Below, in pieces: positions 1-15,300 of a stretch of 64,000 nt of DNA; the first letter of the stretch is position 1, and every line of letters begins with the position of its first letter. A program made the translations under genes and the position numbers. The notes beneath the pieces were generated by a model, which ran no database searches, was not told where the DNA came from, and saw nothing but the letters and a program-made list of their open reading frames with translations. Origin of the DNA: Gonapodya sp. JEL0774 (taxonomy: Eukaryota); contig JADIIX010000004.1 in the NCBI GenBank assembly GCA_027604505.1, positions 124,001 through 188,000 of the forward strand, in the 5' to 3' direction.

Positions 1-681
1 GGCCACGCTGTACTGCACAAGTGCAACACAATCTGCTCACCTCAAGAAGGTTGTCGACGCCCAGCCCGTGCTGCCGGCTGAGGAAACCCCATCCTCCACC
101 GACGGTCCATCCGCCCACACCCGTATCGTAATTCGTTCCCGCGACGGCCGCGAGGTTGTACCGGCCAGTGGCCTACTCGTCATTGTCCACACAGTGCAAC
201 AGGGGGGAGACACATCGAGCAGCTTCAGCAGCTCTTTACTAGCGGCGCGGCGCAGGACAAGCGACACACCTTGTCCAAATCGTCCAGTCGAGCCCCGCCT
301 TGCACGTGAACAACGTTTTGCGCCGGTAGGGGGATCACGGCCCTCATGTTCTGCAGGGATAGGGTCACGCGATCGTTCTTACTGCTGTGAACAGTGTGGC
401 GACCTGTCCAAAATGTATTGCGCGTTGGGTTCAAGTACTCTGACGACCCACAGACGCCGATTCTCACCACACGCCACCGTCAATTCGATCCCGTGCTTTC
501 TTGCCCATTTAATAGACTGGGATACGTCCTCCGAATTACTGGGTATCACAATAGCACTGGGGAACGGGTTTATCGCCATATTGAACGTCGGCCTTCGGAG
601 CAGCTCATAGTCAGGATGGGACTTGAGTACGACGCGGCCGCCGATGCTGTCCTGGAGCTGGGTGAAGAGCGACAGGGGCAT
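1..681 (-). CDS. FAD-linked oxidoreductase (FAD_binding_4 / berberine-bridge-enzyme-like), 5' part, runs off the window edge
   Basis: ATG at 681; MPLSLFTQLQDSIGGRVV..FNMAINPFPSAIVIPSNSEDVSQSIKWARKHGIELTVACG, spliced to GRHTVHSS..LSLQNMRAV..VHVQGGARLDDLD, typical of the VAO/PCMH FAD-binding fold. Confidence 0.8.
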
Positions 682-1330
682 TGAAGAGACTCCCTTTCCC
701 AACAACTTGACGGGTAAGCTGTTGAGGGCGGCGCAGGCGAGGGTGAGCTGTGAACGATGGAGTGAATTCACATCAGTAAGGGACCAGCCCACGTTTTCTG
801 GGGCTCCTGTCTCAATGCATTCATTTCCAAGTGCAGTGCAAGTGCAGTGTCTCTCGTGGAATGAGAAGGGTTTATGGACCGCTCAATGGATCGGACGGGC
901 TGTGCCGATCGATATATTCGATATATATTATCACACGGACCCCGTTTACTAGAACTGAGCGATGCTTCGCCACAACCCAATTGAGAATTCTGGGGTGGCT
1001 CTCTGGGGTAGTCGGGGGTAGTGTCAATTTTTCATTTTGACAGTGTCAATCAATAATGTTTTGAGCACAGGTTGTGGCCGCGAATCCCGTAATATGCTTC
1101 TTCGCCAGATTAGCTGAGCAGTTCTTGTGTCAAAATGATCTTGTATTCTGCGTTTCTTGCGTGGAACCGAGGTTGAGTGCGGATATCAAGGGGTGGAGCA
1201 AGCGGACGGACCATGGATGATGTGCTCCCGTGCCCCCCTGCCAACCAGACCCAGAATTCTCTTGTCGGTTTCAACTTCGATTTGTGAAATGAATGGCCCA
1301 ATTCGAGCACGACTGATGCATTTCACAGGC

Positions 1331-3660
1331 TATGGCTCGCTGAACGGGATTGCGCGGTCCGCCCGAGTGTCTCCGGTCAACTTACATCGGGGGGGTGGGA
1401 ACTCCCAACTTGGTTCGACGAATCCTATTGGAGTAAGATGTACTCGACCCATGTACTATGGAGATTCTGCGGCACATCAGAAGCACAAGCGAGGTCAAGG
1501 AAGCATGCAGATAATGTCGCTTGCTGCCGGCGTCGCTTCGGCTCTTTGTCTACTTCTCGGTTCCGTGAGGCAAATTGAGTCGAAATCAGCCGATAAGGGA
1601 ACTGGTCAAGTTGAGAAGCCAGTTGCTGGGGAGTTTCGGGCAGGTGAGCTTGTAAGAGCATTGTACAAGCTTTTATACTGGGTCATGCCACCATGAGCCA
1701 TCACTCGTACTTTTGTGAGAGCTCCATTGGCTCGTTTGTTTCAATTATTGTTCAACTTCCACCACGAACCTTTGGCACAGACCTTCCCACCCTCACCAAG
1801 CCCGAAATCTCCATTCACAACAGATTGCCCCCGGATGGCCCCGGTGTTTGGGTGACATACCGCCGTGGAGTTTATGACGTGACGCGTTTCGTGGAGAACC
1901 ATCCGGGTGGGGAAAGGATTTTAATGGCGGCGGGTGGGCCGGTGGACCCGTTTTGGGGCATTTACCGAAACCATGCAGCAGAACATGTTTGGGAGATTTT
2001 AGAGTCACACAGGATTGGTAACCTGGAAGAGGGTGCCCGGTGGGACGTTGACTTATCCAAAGTTGGTGACCCCTTTGCGCTCGATCCCATCAGAGGGCCG
2101 GATCTCATCATGCTTAACACGAGACCGTGTAATGCAGGTTAGTAGTGGTGGCAATCCCAGTTTTTCTATTTTGTGTGACTCGGTGACTCTTCACATCAGA
2201 ATCCCCACCTTCCACCCTTGCGGACGACTTCCTTACGCCCATCGACCTCCATTATGTCCGCAACCATTTCGGTGTCCCTCTGGAGCCTCAAAGGCCAAAT
2301 CTTACGGTCGAGATTGAAGGGGGGAAGTCGATCGAAGTGGACATAGAGGAACTAAAGAAAATGTCGAAGGTGGGTCAGAGGGAGTTGCCAATGCGACGTT
2401 CAGTACACTAGGAAAACCCGAAACTGACGCCAACTTGGCGCCTAGAGTAGAAGTCGGTTCTGGCGGTTGTTCAGTGCGCTGGAAATCGCCGTAAAGACAT
2501 GGTGAGGAGTAGAGATCGACTTGCAGATAAATCACACCTCAACAGGGACCAATTTCTGGACCTAGCACAATTTCCGTCCCGTACAAGGGATACTCTGGGG
2601 ATCTGGCGCTATATCCTGCGGTCTCTACACAGGTGTATTGCTTCGAGATCTGCTCGAACGGATCGGTGTTACTTCGGAACGAGGCGGGTTCGCTCATGTC
2701 CAGGTGCAGTGGTGAACCATTTTGATCTAACTGTCATTCACTTCTGAGCAACTCTCTTTACGCATTGCCATAATGCTCTCTCATACAGTTTGAAGCACTC
2801 GACGGATACGGTGCCTCGATTCCCCTTTCGAAAGCCCTCGACCCTGTGGGGGATGTGGTGGTAGCGTACGAGCTCAACGGCGAACCAATCACACGGGATC
2901 ATGGCTGCCCGCTGAGGGTCGTCGTGCCTGGACACGTGGCTGCTCGGAGTGTCAAATTCTTGAAGAAGGTCATTGTTTCAAAGGATGAGAGTCAAGCACA
3001 GGTGAGAGGACAAGATGAAATTGCGTGAAAGGTACCTGACTAAACTGAGAGTCAATACTCGTATGGCGTTGTGGCAGTGGCAACGACGAGACTATAAAGT
3101 GAGTTTGAACCCTTCACGTTGCGTAACTGATCCGAACTTCAAAGTAGTGCTCCTCGTGCAAGCTTTTCCCACCACACGTTACCCCCGATACAGCTGATTA
3201 CTCCTCTGTACCAGCCATCCAGACTATGCCGGTCAATTCCGCCATTGGTAGCCCGGAGCGAGGTGATGTCTGCCATGTTGCCAAGCAGTCGGTCCCAATC
3301 AAAGGTTGGGCTTGGTCTGGAGACGGTCATGTCATAACGTCTGTGGAAGTGTCTCGAGATGGTGGGGATACGTGGACGCGTGCGCGTCTTAACAATGGCC
3401 GAGAATGGGTAGAGCGTAGCTTTGCCGATCCAAGCACCAAACAGGATATGTTGCGGAGCATAGACCGCGGTTGGGCATGGACTAAGTGGGAGGCAGAGTT
3501 GGTTTTACTAAAATCTGATGTAGGAAAAGAGCTGACGATAATGTGCCGGGCACGAGACTCAGTGGGTGGAGAGCAACCGAGAACAATGGATCCAGTGTAC
3601 AATTTCAGGGGATTCAACGGAAACGCGTATCATACGGTGACTGTGAAGGTGGAGGCGTGA
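1331..3660 (+). CDS. SUOX: Sulfite oxidase (cytochrome b5 + molybdopterin + dimerisation domains), multi-exon; start uncertain and may lie further upstream
   Basis: b5 motif [20 protein letters not shown]; Mo-ligand [11 protein letters not shown] (~2470-2500); [70 protein letters not shown]. Confidence 0.93.
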
Positions 3661-3769
3661 AATGCACGCAATGTAAACATAGGTTGGGTATTGTGAGCAA
3701 TCTTAAATTAGCGGTTCGCAACTTTCTCCTGGCATGGATATGTATGGCTGGCCGCAAATACAGTGCTGA

Positions 3770-5351
<1,582 letters not shown>

Positions 5352-5380
5352 AGTGGGGTGTCTCGAGCAAAGTTCAAAAG

Positions 5381-5392
5381 TGAGTCACGTGA
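5381..5392 (-). promoter_or_regulatory. Candidate Gcn4/CpcA (AP-1-like) site TGACTCA overlapping a TCACGTGA E-box, upstream of LYS12
   Basis: + strand TGAGTCACGTGA, 30 bp upstream of the LYS12 ATG; motif match only. Confidence 0.4.
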
Positions 5393-5677
5393 TCAGCCGA
5401 AACAGTAGAACGTTGAACACAGCAATAAAGATATCAATTCATCTCTGCTGATTACTTTTCACAGAAGTAAACTTTCGGAACGTTAACCCCAAGGCTACTG
5501 GTTTGTTCCCCTGTCCTTCGGGAAACGGGGAGAACATCCAAATTTGCAGTTCTATTGTGAGTTACTATGTTACCAAAGATCAAAGTTCTAATTACAATGC
5601 CAGAGAGACACTATAGAGGAAGTTACCATTTCATCTGATTTATAATCCTTTGCCAGTAAAACAGACTCACCCCTTTC

Positions 5678-7542
5678 TCATTCCACCTTTTCTGCAACAT
5701 TCACTTTCGTTCCACCTATTCGGCCCCAAACAAATCCCTGGAAGCGACGGACGATCAGTCAACAAGCACCCAAAAGAAGCAACAAAAAAAGTAAAGGAAA
5801 GGATTCGATTTTCAACTCACTGCTTGTGCCACGATTTCCGAAACAGCCTGGAAGTTCCTGAATGTCCTGAGGTTACCATCCACGAACGACTGGGATTCGA
5901 GCTTGAGTCCGTGTTTCGCTGCTAGTGCAGCTGCATAAGGTCGTACTTTACGGAGCTTGTTGCGAGCAAGGCGGGGAAACAGGTGGTGTTCAAGTTGGAA
6001 CTGAAGACCTCCGTGAAACCAGTCCATCCATTCTGGGCACTGAGAGACAAAACAAGTGCACCATCCAATGTTAGGTCTCGCAGGAAAGATGAACCTCGAC
6101 CTTCATGGCCAAAATCACCTCAACGTCCAGTGTTGTCCGGAATGCCTTGGTCGCCCAGTCCTCGTTCTCCGGCGCATCTGCGGTAGACATTGAGTAGTGG
6201 CTTACAGTAATTTGAAGGTGCAAGATCATGGTAAGAGCGTGGGACATTAAGATGTAGACCAGGATGCCGGACCACGAGTGGAAGTGTGAGAGCAGGTAAG
6301 TTTGCCACGACAAGAAGACCAGCATCATGGAAATTTCCCAGAAGCGGTGCGGAGCCCACGAAGAAGCTAGGTACTTGATCGATTGTATGTAGAGGAAGAA
6401 TCGTGCGAAACTGATCCGGGGGAGAGAATCAATTTAACCCGCGTTACAGTCATGGAAAGCGGCAGTCAAGGTTACCAGAGGATAGGCCAGTAGGAGTAGT
6501 GCTGCACCGACACCATCAAGTGGGCAAATTTGTCGTTGGGGAAATCCCTGAAAGTCACCGTGACTTAGTAATGACAATCTTCACTACGACCAAGTCAGAT
6601 CCTCACCAGGTAACGTCGTAATAGGACGAGTACAGTTTGGAAAGAATTCTCGTTGTGACAGCAAAAAAGGGAAGATGTTGGATGTCCGAGTCGTGCTCTG
6701 GTGAGTTGGTCACAATGTGGTGGACATTGTGACTGCTCTTCCACCATCCGATGCTGAATCCCAGTAGCGCGTTCCCAACGGATGTGCCAATAAAATAGTC
6801 CCACTTCTGCTTACGGAATACAGAGTTGTGTCCGATATCGTGACCCACGAAGGCCACTTGTTGCCACATAAACGCGGTTGCGACAGCACACCCCATGTAA
6901 GTGATTATGTGGCGAGGTGCAAAGATCCCCGTGTAAACAATGATTGAGATGCATATTAAGTACTTGAAGATTTCGCGGAGATAGAATGAGTAGTCCGTCT
7001 CGAAATAGCCCAGGGCGGTGAGTTTCTTGTGGAGCTCCCGAAAGTCCTTGGAGATTTCAGACTCTGATACAAGCACACCATAACCAACGGAGCCACCTGC
7101 TTTTTCCACACGTGTGAGGGAAGCAGAATGATTGAAAACTGGTGCGTGTTGCCGAATTTCGTCCTCATTTGATTGGTCCGATTCGATTCCACTGTCGATC
7201 TCATCATCAATGAGCTTTCCGGCAAAGTAGTAGGGCAGACGTTTCACAATGACTTCTTCTGGATGATATGCGATCATGACATCCGTCGCGTTCTTTCCTG
7301 CGTGCGTTGGCAAAGGGTCATGGTCGGCGCACTGTGAGCCCGCGTCAGTTCCACTACAAAACAAGGGTCTCACCTTTTAGATGTTCAATAACGAGTGGGC
7401 CACCAGGGTGAACCTTTCTGAACGCTGTGAGATTGTAGACCCCTCCTTCGAAGACAATCAAGCATTCTCCCGAAGCGTTTCTCTTCCGGAACTCAGATAG
7501 GGTCACGACTTTCGTGACTGTTTCGCGACTGGCCATCGACAT
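5678..7542 (-). CDS. Cytochrome b5-fused front-end desaturase, probably sphingolipid delta-8 desaturase (paralog A), multi-exon
   Basis: HPGG heme motif; His boxes HDIGH, WWKSSHNVHHIVTNSPEHDSDIQHLP, FQLEHHLFPR; last exon GFVWGRIGGTKVNVAEKVE*. Confidence 0.88.
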
Positions 7543-8594
7543 TGACTTTGTTAGCGGTTGGATTGTCTCACAATGATTGGAATACCGGAAACCTGGGCGG
7601 GAGTGAATTAATGTGCTGGGCAACTCCAAAATTGGAAGATCAGGGTGGAGTTTAATTTTGTGGCTGAGGAAGTTGGACCATGTTTGAGACCCTCAGCGCC
7701 TCTGCATGAGCTGTATTCTGCCGCCCATCGTGATTGTGTATTCAACAGTAGCAAGCACTTAGATTCCTTTGCTAAAGCTTGCCCAATTGGCAACATACAT
7801 TTCGGTGGGAACGCTTACTGAACTACGTAATTCTTCGAAAGACAAGATGAACTTTTCATTCAGATGGTGCTCGAAGTTAATTTATCCATATATAAGTGAA
7901 TAATGGAGTTTGGAGAGATCCGTTGTCTCGTTTTGTGACTGTAGTGTACCACTCCTGTCCTGTCGGATTTCTCAGGGTACCAAAATCCCGGGACGCTGCC
8001 ACGTGCGGAGACTGACATCGGCTAAAAAGCCAACCGTTGACCGGGACCCCATCTCCCAGCGGGCAACAAAGATTGGTTCACAATAGACGAGGAAATTGAA
8101 AATCATGGTATCTAGTATGCGCTTGTCAGTTTGGACGCACGTGGTAATGCAATGTCAGGAGGCGGAACAGTGATATTCCCCGCCCCCCAAAAAAAGCGCT
8201 GAAAACAGAAAGATATGAAGGTAAACGAAGCGAAAATTTGAGATTTGATCATGTGGATGAGAGGGAATAGCAGAATTGTAAAGGCGAATAGTCCGGAGTC
8301 TTGCACCGTGCACGACCGCAGGTGAGAGGATGAGATGGCAAACTGCACTTTAGAAAACGCATGTATACAGTTTGGCCAAAGTGGATCATGCTTAAGAACA
8401 TACAGAAAAGTACACACATATTTTAAGCACATTTTGGACTGTTGATTACTTTTGAGCTCCACTGAGTCGTTCCTCCCTCGTTTAGGTCGGAATGTCCGAA
8501 ATACATATCAAGCACCAAAATAAATTGCACATCGTTGTCTAAGTTGCGAAGTCTAAGTCGTGTCCCAATTAGAGAGATACAGATGGGTGCCTCG

Positions 8595-10429
8595 TTATTC
8601 CATCTTCCGAGCCATGTCCACTTTCACTCCTCCAACTCGACCCCAAGCAAATCCCTTGATCCGTGCGTGGATGGTGGATGTGAATAGTTACGTCAAGTCA
8701 AGTTCACAGCAAATGGCTTCCAAGAGAAACTCACAACCTGATCTGCGATATCTTTGAAGTGCCAGTAGAGCATCCTATTACCTTCCGTAAATGTCTGTGC
8801 ATTAAGGGGAAGCCCGTGGCGCGCCGCAAAATCTGCAGCGTACGGCCGAACTTTGCGAAGCTTGTGCCGTGCAATGCGAGGGAAGAGGTGGTGTTCAGCT
8901 TGGAATTGAAGGCCGCCGTGGAACCAATCCAGCCACTCGGGGCACTATACACGCGACACAGTATTCCATGGGATTTAGCATCTTATCAGAGCCGACGAGC
9001 GACCCCACACTGCGGGCTCACCTCCACATCTAGGGTCGTTCGGAATGCCTTCGTCGCCCAGTCCTCTGACTCTGGTGGATCCGCCGTCGGCATTGAAAAG
9101 TGACTCAAAGTGATTTGTAGATGTAGTATCATGGTGATTGCGTGTGACATAAACACGTACAGAGCCACTCCTTGCCACGAGTGGAAGTGCGAGACCAGGA
9201 AGACTTGCCACGTCACAAATAAAATAATGGTGGCGACCTCCCAAAGCCGGTAAGGGCACCACGGGGACATGAAGTACTTCACCGATTGAACGTACAAAAA
9301 GAACCGAGCAAAGCTTCCACGCGTAGAACGTGTTTCAGTCGCGAAAAGAGACAAACGGATGATAAAATGCTCACCAGAGGATAGGATAGTAAGTGTAATG
9401 TTGAATGGATACCAGTGCCTTGGCAAACGTGTCGCTTGGGAAGTCCCTGGAATTGCAGACGGTGACGGTCAGACAACGAAACTATGTGTTGCCGCTCGGG
9501 GAAACGGCTCACTAACCAGGTGACTCCATGATAGGACGAATAAAGCTTGGAAAGAAGCCGCGTGGACACCGCAAAGAACGGGAGATGCTGAATATCCGGG
9601 TCGTGCTCCGGTGAGTTGGTAACGATGTGATGTACGTTGTGACTATGCTTCCACCAGCCGATGCTAATGCCCAGAATCGCGTTCCCAAACGTCGATCCAA
9701 CAAAGTAATCAAGTTTGGCATTGTGAAAAACGGCATTGTGGCCAATATCGTGACCCACGAAAGCCATTTGCTGCCACATAAATCCAGTTGCCACAGCACA
9801 GACAACGTAGGAGAGGAGATGACGCGGGGCAAAGAACCCAGTATACACTATGATGCATATGCAAATGAGGTATTTGATGACTTCTCGCACATAGAAAGAG
9901 TACTCGGTCTCGAAGAATCCAAGTTCTGTGAGTGTTCTGTGCAGCCTCCGGAAGTCCTTTGAGACCTCTGAATCAGAAACGAGTGCACCATATCCAACAG
10001 CTCCTCCTGCTTTTTGAATGCGATTGAGAAGCATCGAGGGATTTGGCTCTCCGTCGTTGGACTGGTCTGACTCGATTCCACTGTCAATTTCGTCCTCTAC
10101 CAGCTTCCCGACAAAATAGCGAGGCAAGCGCTTCTCAATAACCTCGTCTGGGTGATACGCAATCATTACATCTGTGGCATTTTTGCCTGTATTCGATGCC
10201 GTGGATACCCAGGAGTTCTCGTTAGAAATCTTCCATGACAGCTCGCAAACAGTCCCCACGACCTACCATTCAAATGCTCCAGGACAAGGGGTCCACCGGG
10301 GTGAATTTTCTTAAACGCAGTGAGGTTGTAGACGCCCCCATCGAAGACAATCAAGCAGTCTCCCGACGCAGTTCTCTTGCGAAACTCAGACATTGTCACT
10401 CCTTTAGTACCAGTTTCGCGGGTCGCCAT
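8595..10429 (-). CDS. Cytochrome b5-fused front-end desaturase, probably sphingolipid delta-8 desaturase (paralog B), multi-exon
   Basis: HPGG; HDIGH; WWKHSHNVHHIVTNSPEHDPDIQHLP; FQAEHHLFPR; last exon GFAWGRVGGVKVDMARKME*; intron positions match paralog A. Confidence 0.88.
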
Positions 10430-10603
10430 CGTTGCTGACTTGGAGTTAATGCAAGAATCTTCCCAGAGTGCACGAATGTTTTCGAATTCAAAATGGGTCA
10501 CTAAGCTCCCTGCAATGGGTTTTGCGGAATGAGTGAGGAACCGGGGTGAGGCTCTACTGAGCGTGACACACTTGTACTGGCCGACAGAACCTGGTGATCA
10601 GAG

Positions 10604-12169
10604 ATGTTCCGAACATTCCGTTTCGGGCGTGCTCTTGCAATTCTTATCTCTTCCTTCTTTGCTTTATCGTTGGTCGTTCCCCGGACTGATGTTCAAGCTC
10701 CATTGCAATCGCGTGTATTGCAGGGGACAGGACGTGAATCACCACGAATGAAGCGCGGCGCGAACATTGACACTAAATTTACTAGACGGGCCGTTCTATT
10801 CAGTGACAATGCTAACAGCACGGCGATCGACTATGTAACGATTCCTCGTGCAGTGGACATTCGAGGAACCACAAGGGACAGCGATATATGCATTTTCACA
10901 CAACTGTCCATCGATCGGGTGGATCGTCTCGAAGAGCTCGCCGCATCATGGAAAGGATCAATATCAGTATCTCTTTACGTCGAGGATGTTCCTGACATTG
11001 TGGTATTGCGGGGGATGCTGCGGGATATTCAACACAAGATGCAACGCCTGTCAACAGGATCCCTGGTTGTAACGGCAGTTCTAGGGCCATTGTTCAGTGC
11101 TGATCCAAATACGGCATGTCGTGGCGTTCTATTTGTTAGACGGACGAAAACCACCGTGCTGACACGAATTGCTGTTCCCCCACAGACCTACCATCCCTAT
11201 GACTTGCTGTACCCGATAAACGTGCTCCGCAACTTGGCCCTCAAAGAATGCGACACAGATTTTGTATTCTCGTTGGATGTAGATTTTACGCCGTCTGCAG
11301 GACTTGCTGAGCGTCTCACAGATGTTGCTACTCGAAAATGGATGCGTACCGTTTCTCAGGTATCAGTGTTTCTCTTGTCGCACAACTCTCTGGCGTCTAA
11401 ACGGTCAAATTTGGGCTCAGGAAAATAAGGCAGTGTTTGTTGTTCCTGCATTTGAGCTCACAGTTGACATGGCCGGTCAACGAGATCTGTCACTGCATCA
11501 TTTCTCAGAGCTCTGCGAGTCAGGCTTTCTCGTTCCTTTCCATTCGAGTACGTTGGACATCGTCGCTAATACCAGAGGTGCCCAAAACCGTTCAATGTCA
11601 TTCATTCTATTTGTGACCAGGACAACTACTTGCACCTGCAGACCGTGATCCAATAAAGGTACAACAGTGGTGTCGCGGGGAAATTCCCGAGTATCACGTT
11701 AGAGTCACCGAGACTCATGTGAGATTCATACTGTGAGGTCGTTGCTAAGGGACACGATCTCAATCATTATTCAATGCAACCAACCCAGGCACTTACCAAT
11801 TACCCGCGCTGGTTATCGAATCCAAGCAAGCGCTTTGTGATCCCCTTCAACCCCGCCCGTCCAACTCGAAAATACGAACCGTACTTTGTAGCCCGACGAG
11901 ACCAACTTCCACCATTTGACGAAAGATTCCGCGGTTATTCGTTCAACAAAAGGGTTCACAGCGTGGAACTTCAGTACCTCAGGTTTCAGTTTTGGGTCAT
12001 TCCGGAGGGATTCGTTGTGCACAAGAGGCACAAAACTTCGAACTCAAAGAAAGCACTCAAGGGCAAGGTGAGACAGGAGGTGGGGAGACTTTACAATCAA
12101 GCGCTTGCCGAATTGCGGAGAAAGTACGGATCAGAGAGCGAGGATCACACGTCCGCCGAAGCATTATGA
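10604..12169 (+). CDS. GT49-family glycosyltransferase (LARGE/B4GAT1-like), type II membrane protein, multi-exon
   Basis: N-terminal TM anchor; TQLSIDRVDRLEELAASWKGSISVSLYV; YPINVLRNLA; DVD (DxD) motif; AVFVVPAFE; YEPYFVARRDQLPPFDERFRGYSFNK..FVVH. Confidence 0.88.
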
Positions 12170-12365
12170 CAATGAAACGAAGGCTCTGCGCAGCCATTGA
12201 CCGTTTGAAATGAAACGGATGATTACCGCCGTTGCAAACGAAACAAATTTAGACGCCTGCCCTTGCGAATCATGTTGATTAAATTATTGCAATGTATACG
12301 CATATGTACTCGGGTATTCGCAAATTGTCAAAAACAGCACTATATTCAGCACGAGTAGAATCTTA

Positions 12366-15300
12366 TCATAATCGGAGTCTCGCGATATCATCGACGGGGA
12401 AATCGACCCTGCCAAATGATAAATGGAACAACATTTCAGTGTCTGGTAGCGATAATTATAGAAAATAGGCATTCCCACCTCAAAGCCAAGATCTTCCTTA
12501 CATCTGCGACCGACAGATTGAGAGAGCTCTGATAATCATGAACCTCAGCGACCCGCCTATCCAAGAGGAAAAGACCAGCGGTAACACATGATATACTTAT
12601 CGCACGAGAGTATAAATAATAAACTCACTCCAAGTTTACAAGATCGGATATTTGAGACAGTCTTGTCATTTTATCCCTGACGTTGACCGTGGACATTGCC
12701 GATAGAGCAGATGTCAGAGAGCGCAGGTCCTTTTCGAAACGGATGGCACCGAGCTACGGCGAACACGAAAGTTAGGAAGTACACACGAAAGGAAGAGTGT
12801 GATCTGACGGATAAACCACCCACCTGATTGAAACGCAAATTGGCCATGATGTGTTTCTCCCACTCTCTGACAACATAATCCAGCACAAGATTCATAGTTG
12901 CAGCGTAGTTGTTCTCTGTGTACGTGTTCTTGGAACCCAAAGATCCCGTCATGAGTCTGCTCAGCTCACGGCAACCAATCCCCGTTTCCCTCACCGACCC
13001 ACCTCATACGTTTCCATCATTCTCGTCAGTGTCCCTATAACTCTCTTCGTAAAAGCACCGTCCTGAAGGTCCGAGTACTCTTCATCGGTGAGGACATACT
13101 TGGCGTCCCGCAACACTTCGCTGAGCATGATGCGAAGGCGGGGACGGAGGGTTTGGGTGAATAAGTTCTCGATCCAATTCTTCCGTGAGAAAAGTATGAG
13201 ATAAGAGTTGAATGTGTGAAGTGCGCGAAGTTACCGTTACGGGAAACACCCTCACCTTGAGCAACTGTCTGAACCCCGCCGCATACTCTTCCAACCCCGC
13301 CAAACAACTCAACACCTTATCCCTATTCTTTTCCCACACGCCTCTCCCCAATCCTCTCGGCACCTCTTCTCTCAACTCCCCGACCAACTTCCCCAAATAC
13401 CCGACCACCAAATCCGCATCGTTGACCGCCACCATAAACTGTGCCCTGGCCCTCTCCATATCTTGTCCCGTCCATGCGCCCGCGACTCGTCGGCCCAAAG
13501 CCTCGACGTAGTCGGTTTCGAGGACACGGCCACAGAGGTTGAGCATCGCGCACAGAGAGTCTACAGAGAGCGAGGATAAGGTGCGCTGCAAAGATTTGCG
13601 CAGGACATAGAAGACGTCGTCGGGGCTGGAGGAGGTGTTGGTGGAGGCGTCAACGGTGTCGATGGAGAGAGCCTGCACCCGCGCAACAAGCAGCGTGAGG
13701 TACTCCGACCGTTCATCACGCCGCGCCAAGTGCCTCCTGCATCGAGTCAAAAATTCACCTTATCTATACTCATCCTCACAAAAAGTTCTTCCAGTTGCAC
13801 GTAATCACCCATCAGTTCCTGAACCCTCGATGCCAACTTGCTTCCTCGTATGAAATCCTCTTCCGCCGGCGTCGAGGGGCTGGCCGCAGGGATGTCCTAG
13901 AGGAGCGGGTGTTCGAACATAGAGACGATGGTTTGAATCCCACGCCCACACGAGAAACACAGCCAGCACCCTTGGCCGCACGCCTCGATTCACCACAAAC
14001 GCACCCCGACCCTCCCCTCCAAAAACCTCTCGTACAGAGCTTCCCTCTGGCTCATCATGGCCATCTCGTTCAGTAAACCGTCGAGCTCTCGGGAGTCTAT
14101 CCCCATGCCGTCGTCAGAAGGGCCGGCTGTGGACTGGGGCGTGGTGGAAGAGGTCGCCGGGGTGCGGGTTTGGGCGGTGGGACGGAAGTTGCGAGCGGAG
14201 GCGCACTGGGACAAATTATAAAACGGGGCGAGGGTTACAGTGTTGGAAGGACGAAAGGCGTGTGTGAATGACCGGGGAACAAAGTACGCAAGTGAAGTAC
14301 GATCGTATCCAAATTCGGGAAAGGACCCTCTCGAAACTTTTTCAGGCGACATTCTCTTGTCCATGACCGGCCCCCTTCCCATTTCCAGGCGCCCTCTCGA
14401 CCCCATTTTCACACTTATCACCACTCGACAAACTGAAACTCCCCCCACCAGGATCTCAAAAAATCGACAACCCACCTTTCTCGCCACCCCTCCCGCTTCC
14501 AAAAACCCCTCCACCACCATCCCCCCCCTCACGTCGCACTCCCTCTGCAACCTCCTGCACAGGTACCGTGTCCGATCTCGTCCGAAATGGGCCTCTACTG
14601 TTGGTTGGAGACGGTCGACCAGATCAGCGACGTGCTCGAAGAGGGAGGTGAGCAGGGCGGAAGCAGGTGGGCCTTGACAAGGTCGGTGTGAAAGTGGTGT
14701 TGTACAAAAGGTGTGGGTGAGTACAAAGGGGGATTGAGGTGAGTTGTTAGGGACGAGTTCCCCAACGTGGGTGCCGGGAAACGAGGGCACCGGATTTGGG
14801 AGACGGGTGTCGTCGTGGTGGGACAGGTGTTGGTCTCGGTGAAACCGGTTACCTTCCGCGCCTCCATCACCTCTGTAGCCCTCTCTTCCCCGCCCCCAAA
14901 CCCCTTTACCCCGCTCTTCAACCCACCTCCCACCTGCCCCCAACCCCTCATCCCCTCCCCAGCCCTCCTCGCGACCTCCCCACACGCCCACGCGGCCATC
15001 TTCTCCATCCCTGCTTCTCCAAACCCAGCTCGAGCCATCATGACCAGCACGGCCACGGCCGCATCTCCCCGGTCCCGGTCCCGGTCCGCGTGTGGAGCGG
15101 CCGCGGCCGAGGCCGGGTGGGCGCCTGGACCTGTACGTGGACCTGCACCGGACCCGGCGACGGCCTCGTCGAACGCGTCCGAGAGCATGTCGGACAGCCT
15201 GGCGAGGTGGGCGCGGATGAGGGGGACGGGGTTGTGCGATCTGGTCATGGCGGCCAGGGAGCCTGGGACTGGGACCGGGACTGGAGGAGTGGTGGAGGTG

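Noticed and set aside
2470..2500. Possible selenocysteine at the sulfite oxidase Mo-ligand, since some early-diverging fungi use Sec
   Set aside because: The codon is TGC (Cys); no in-frame TGA was needed in the gene segments I reconstructed
7600..8560. Short ORFs between the two desaturases
   Set aside because: No recognisable homology or coherent exon structure; probably promoter and UTR sequence
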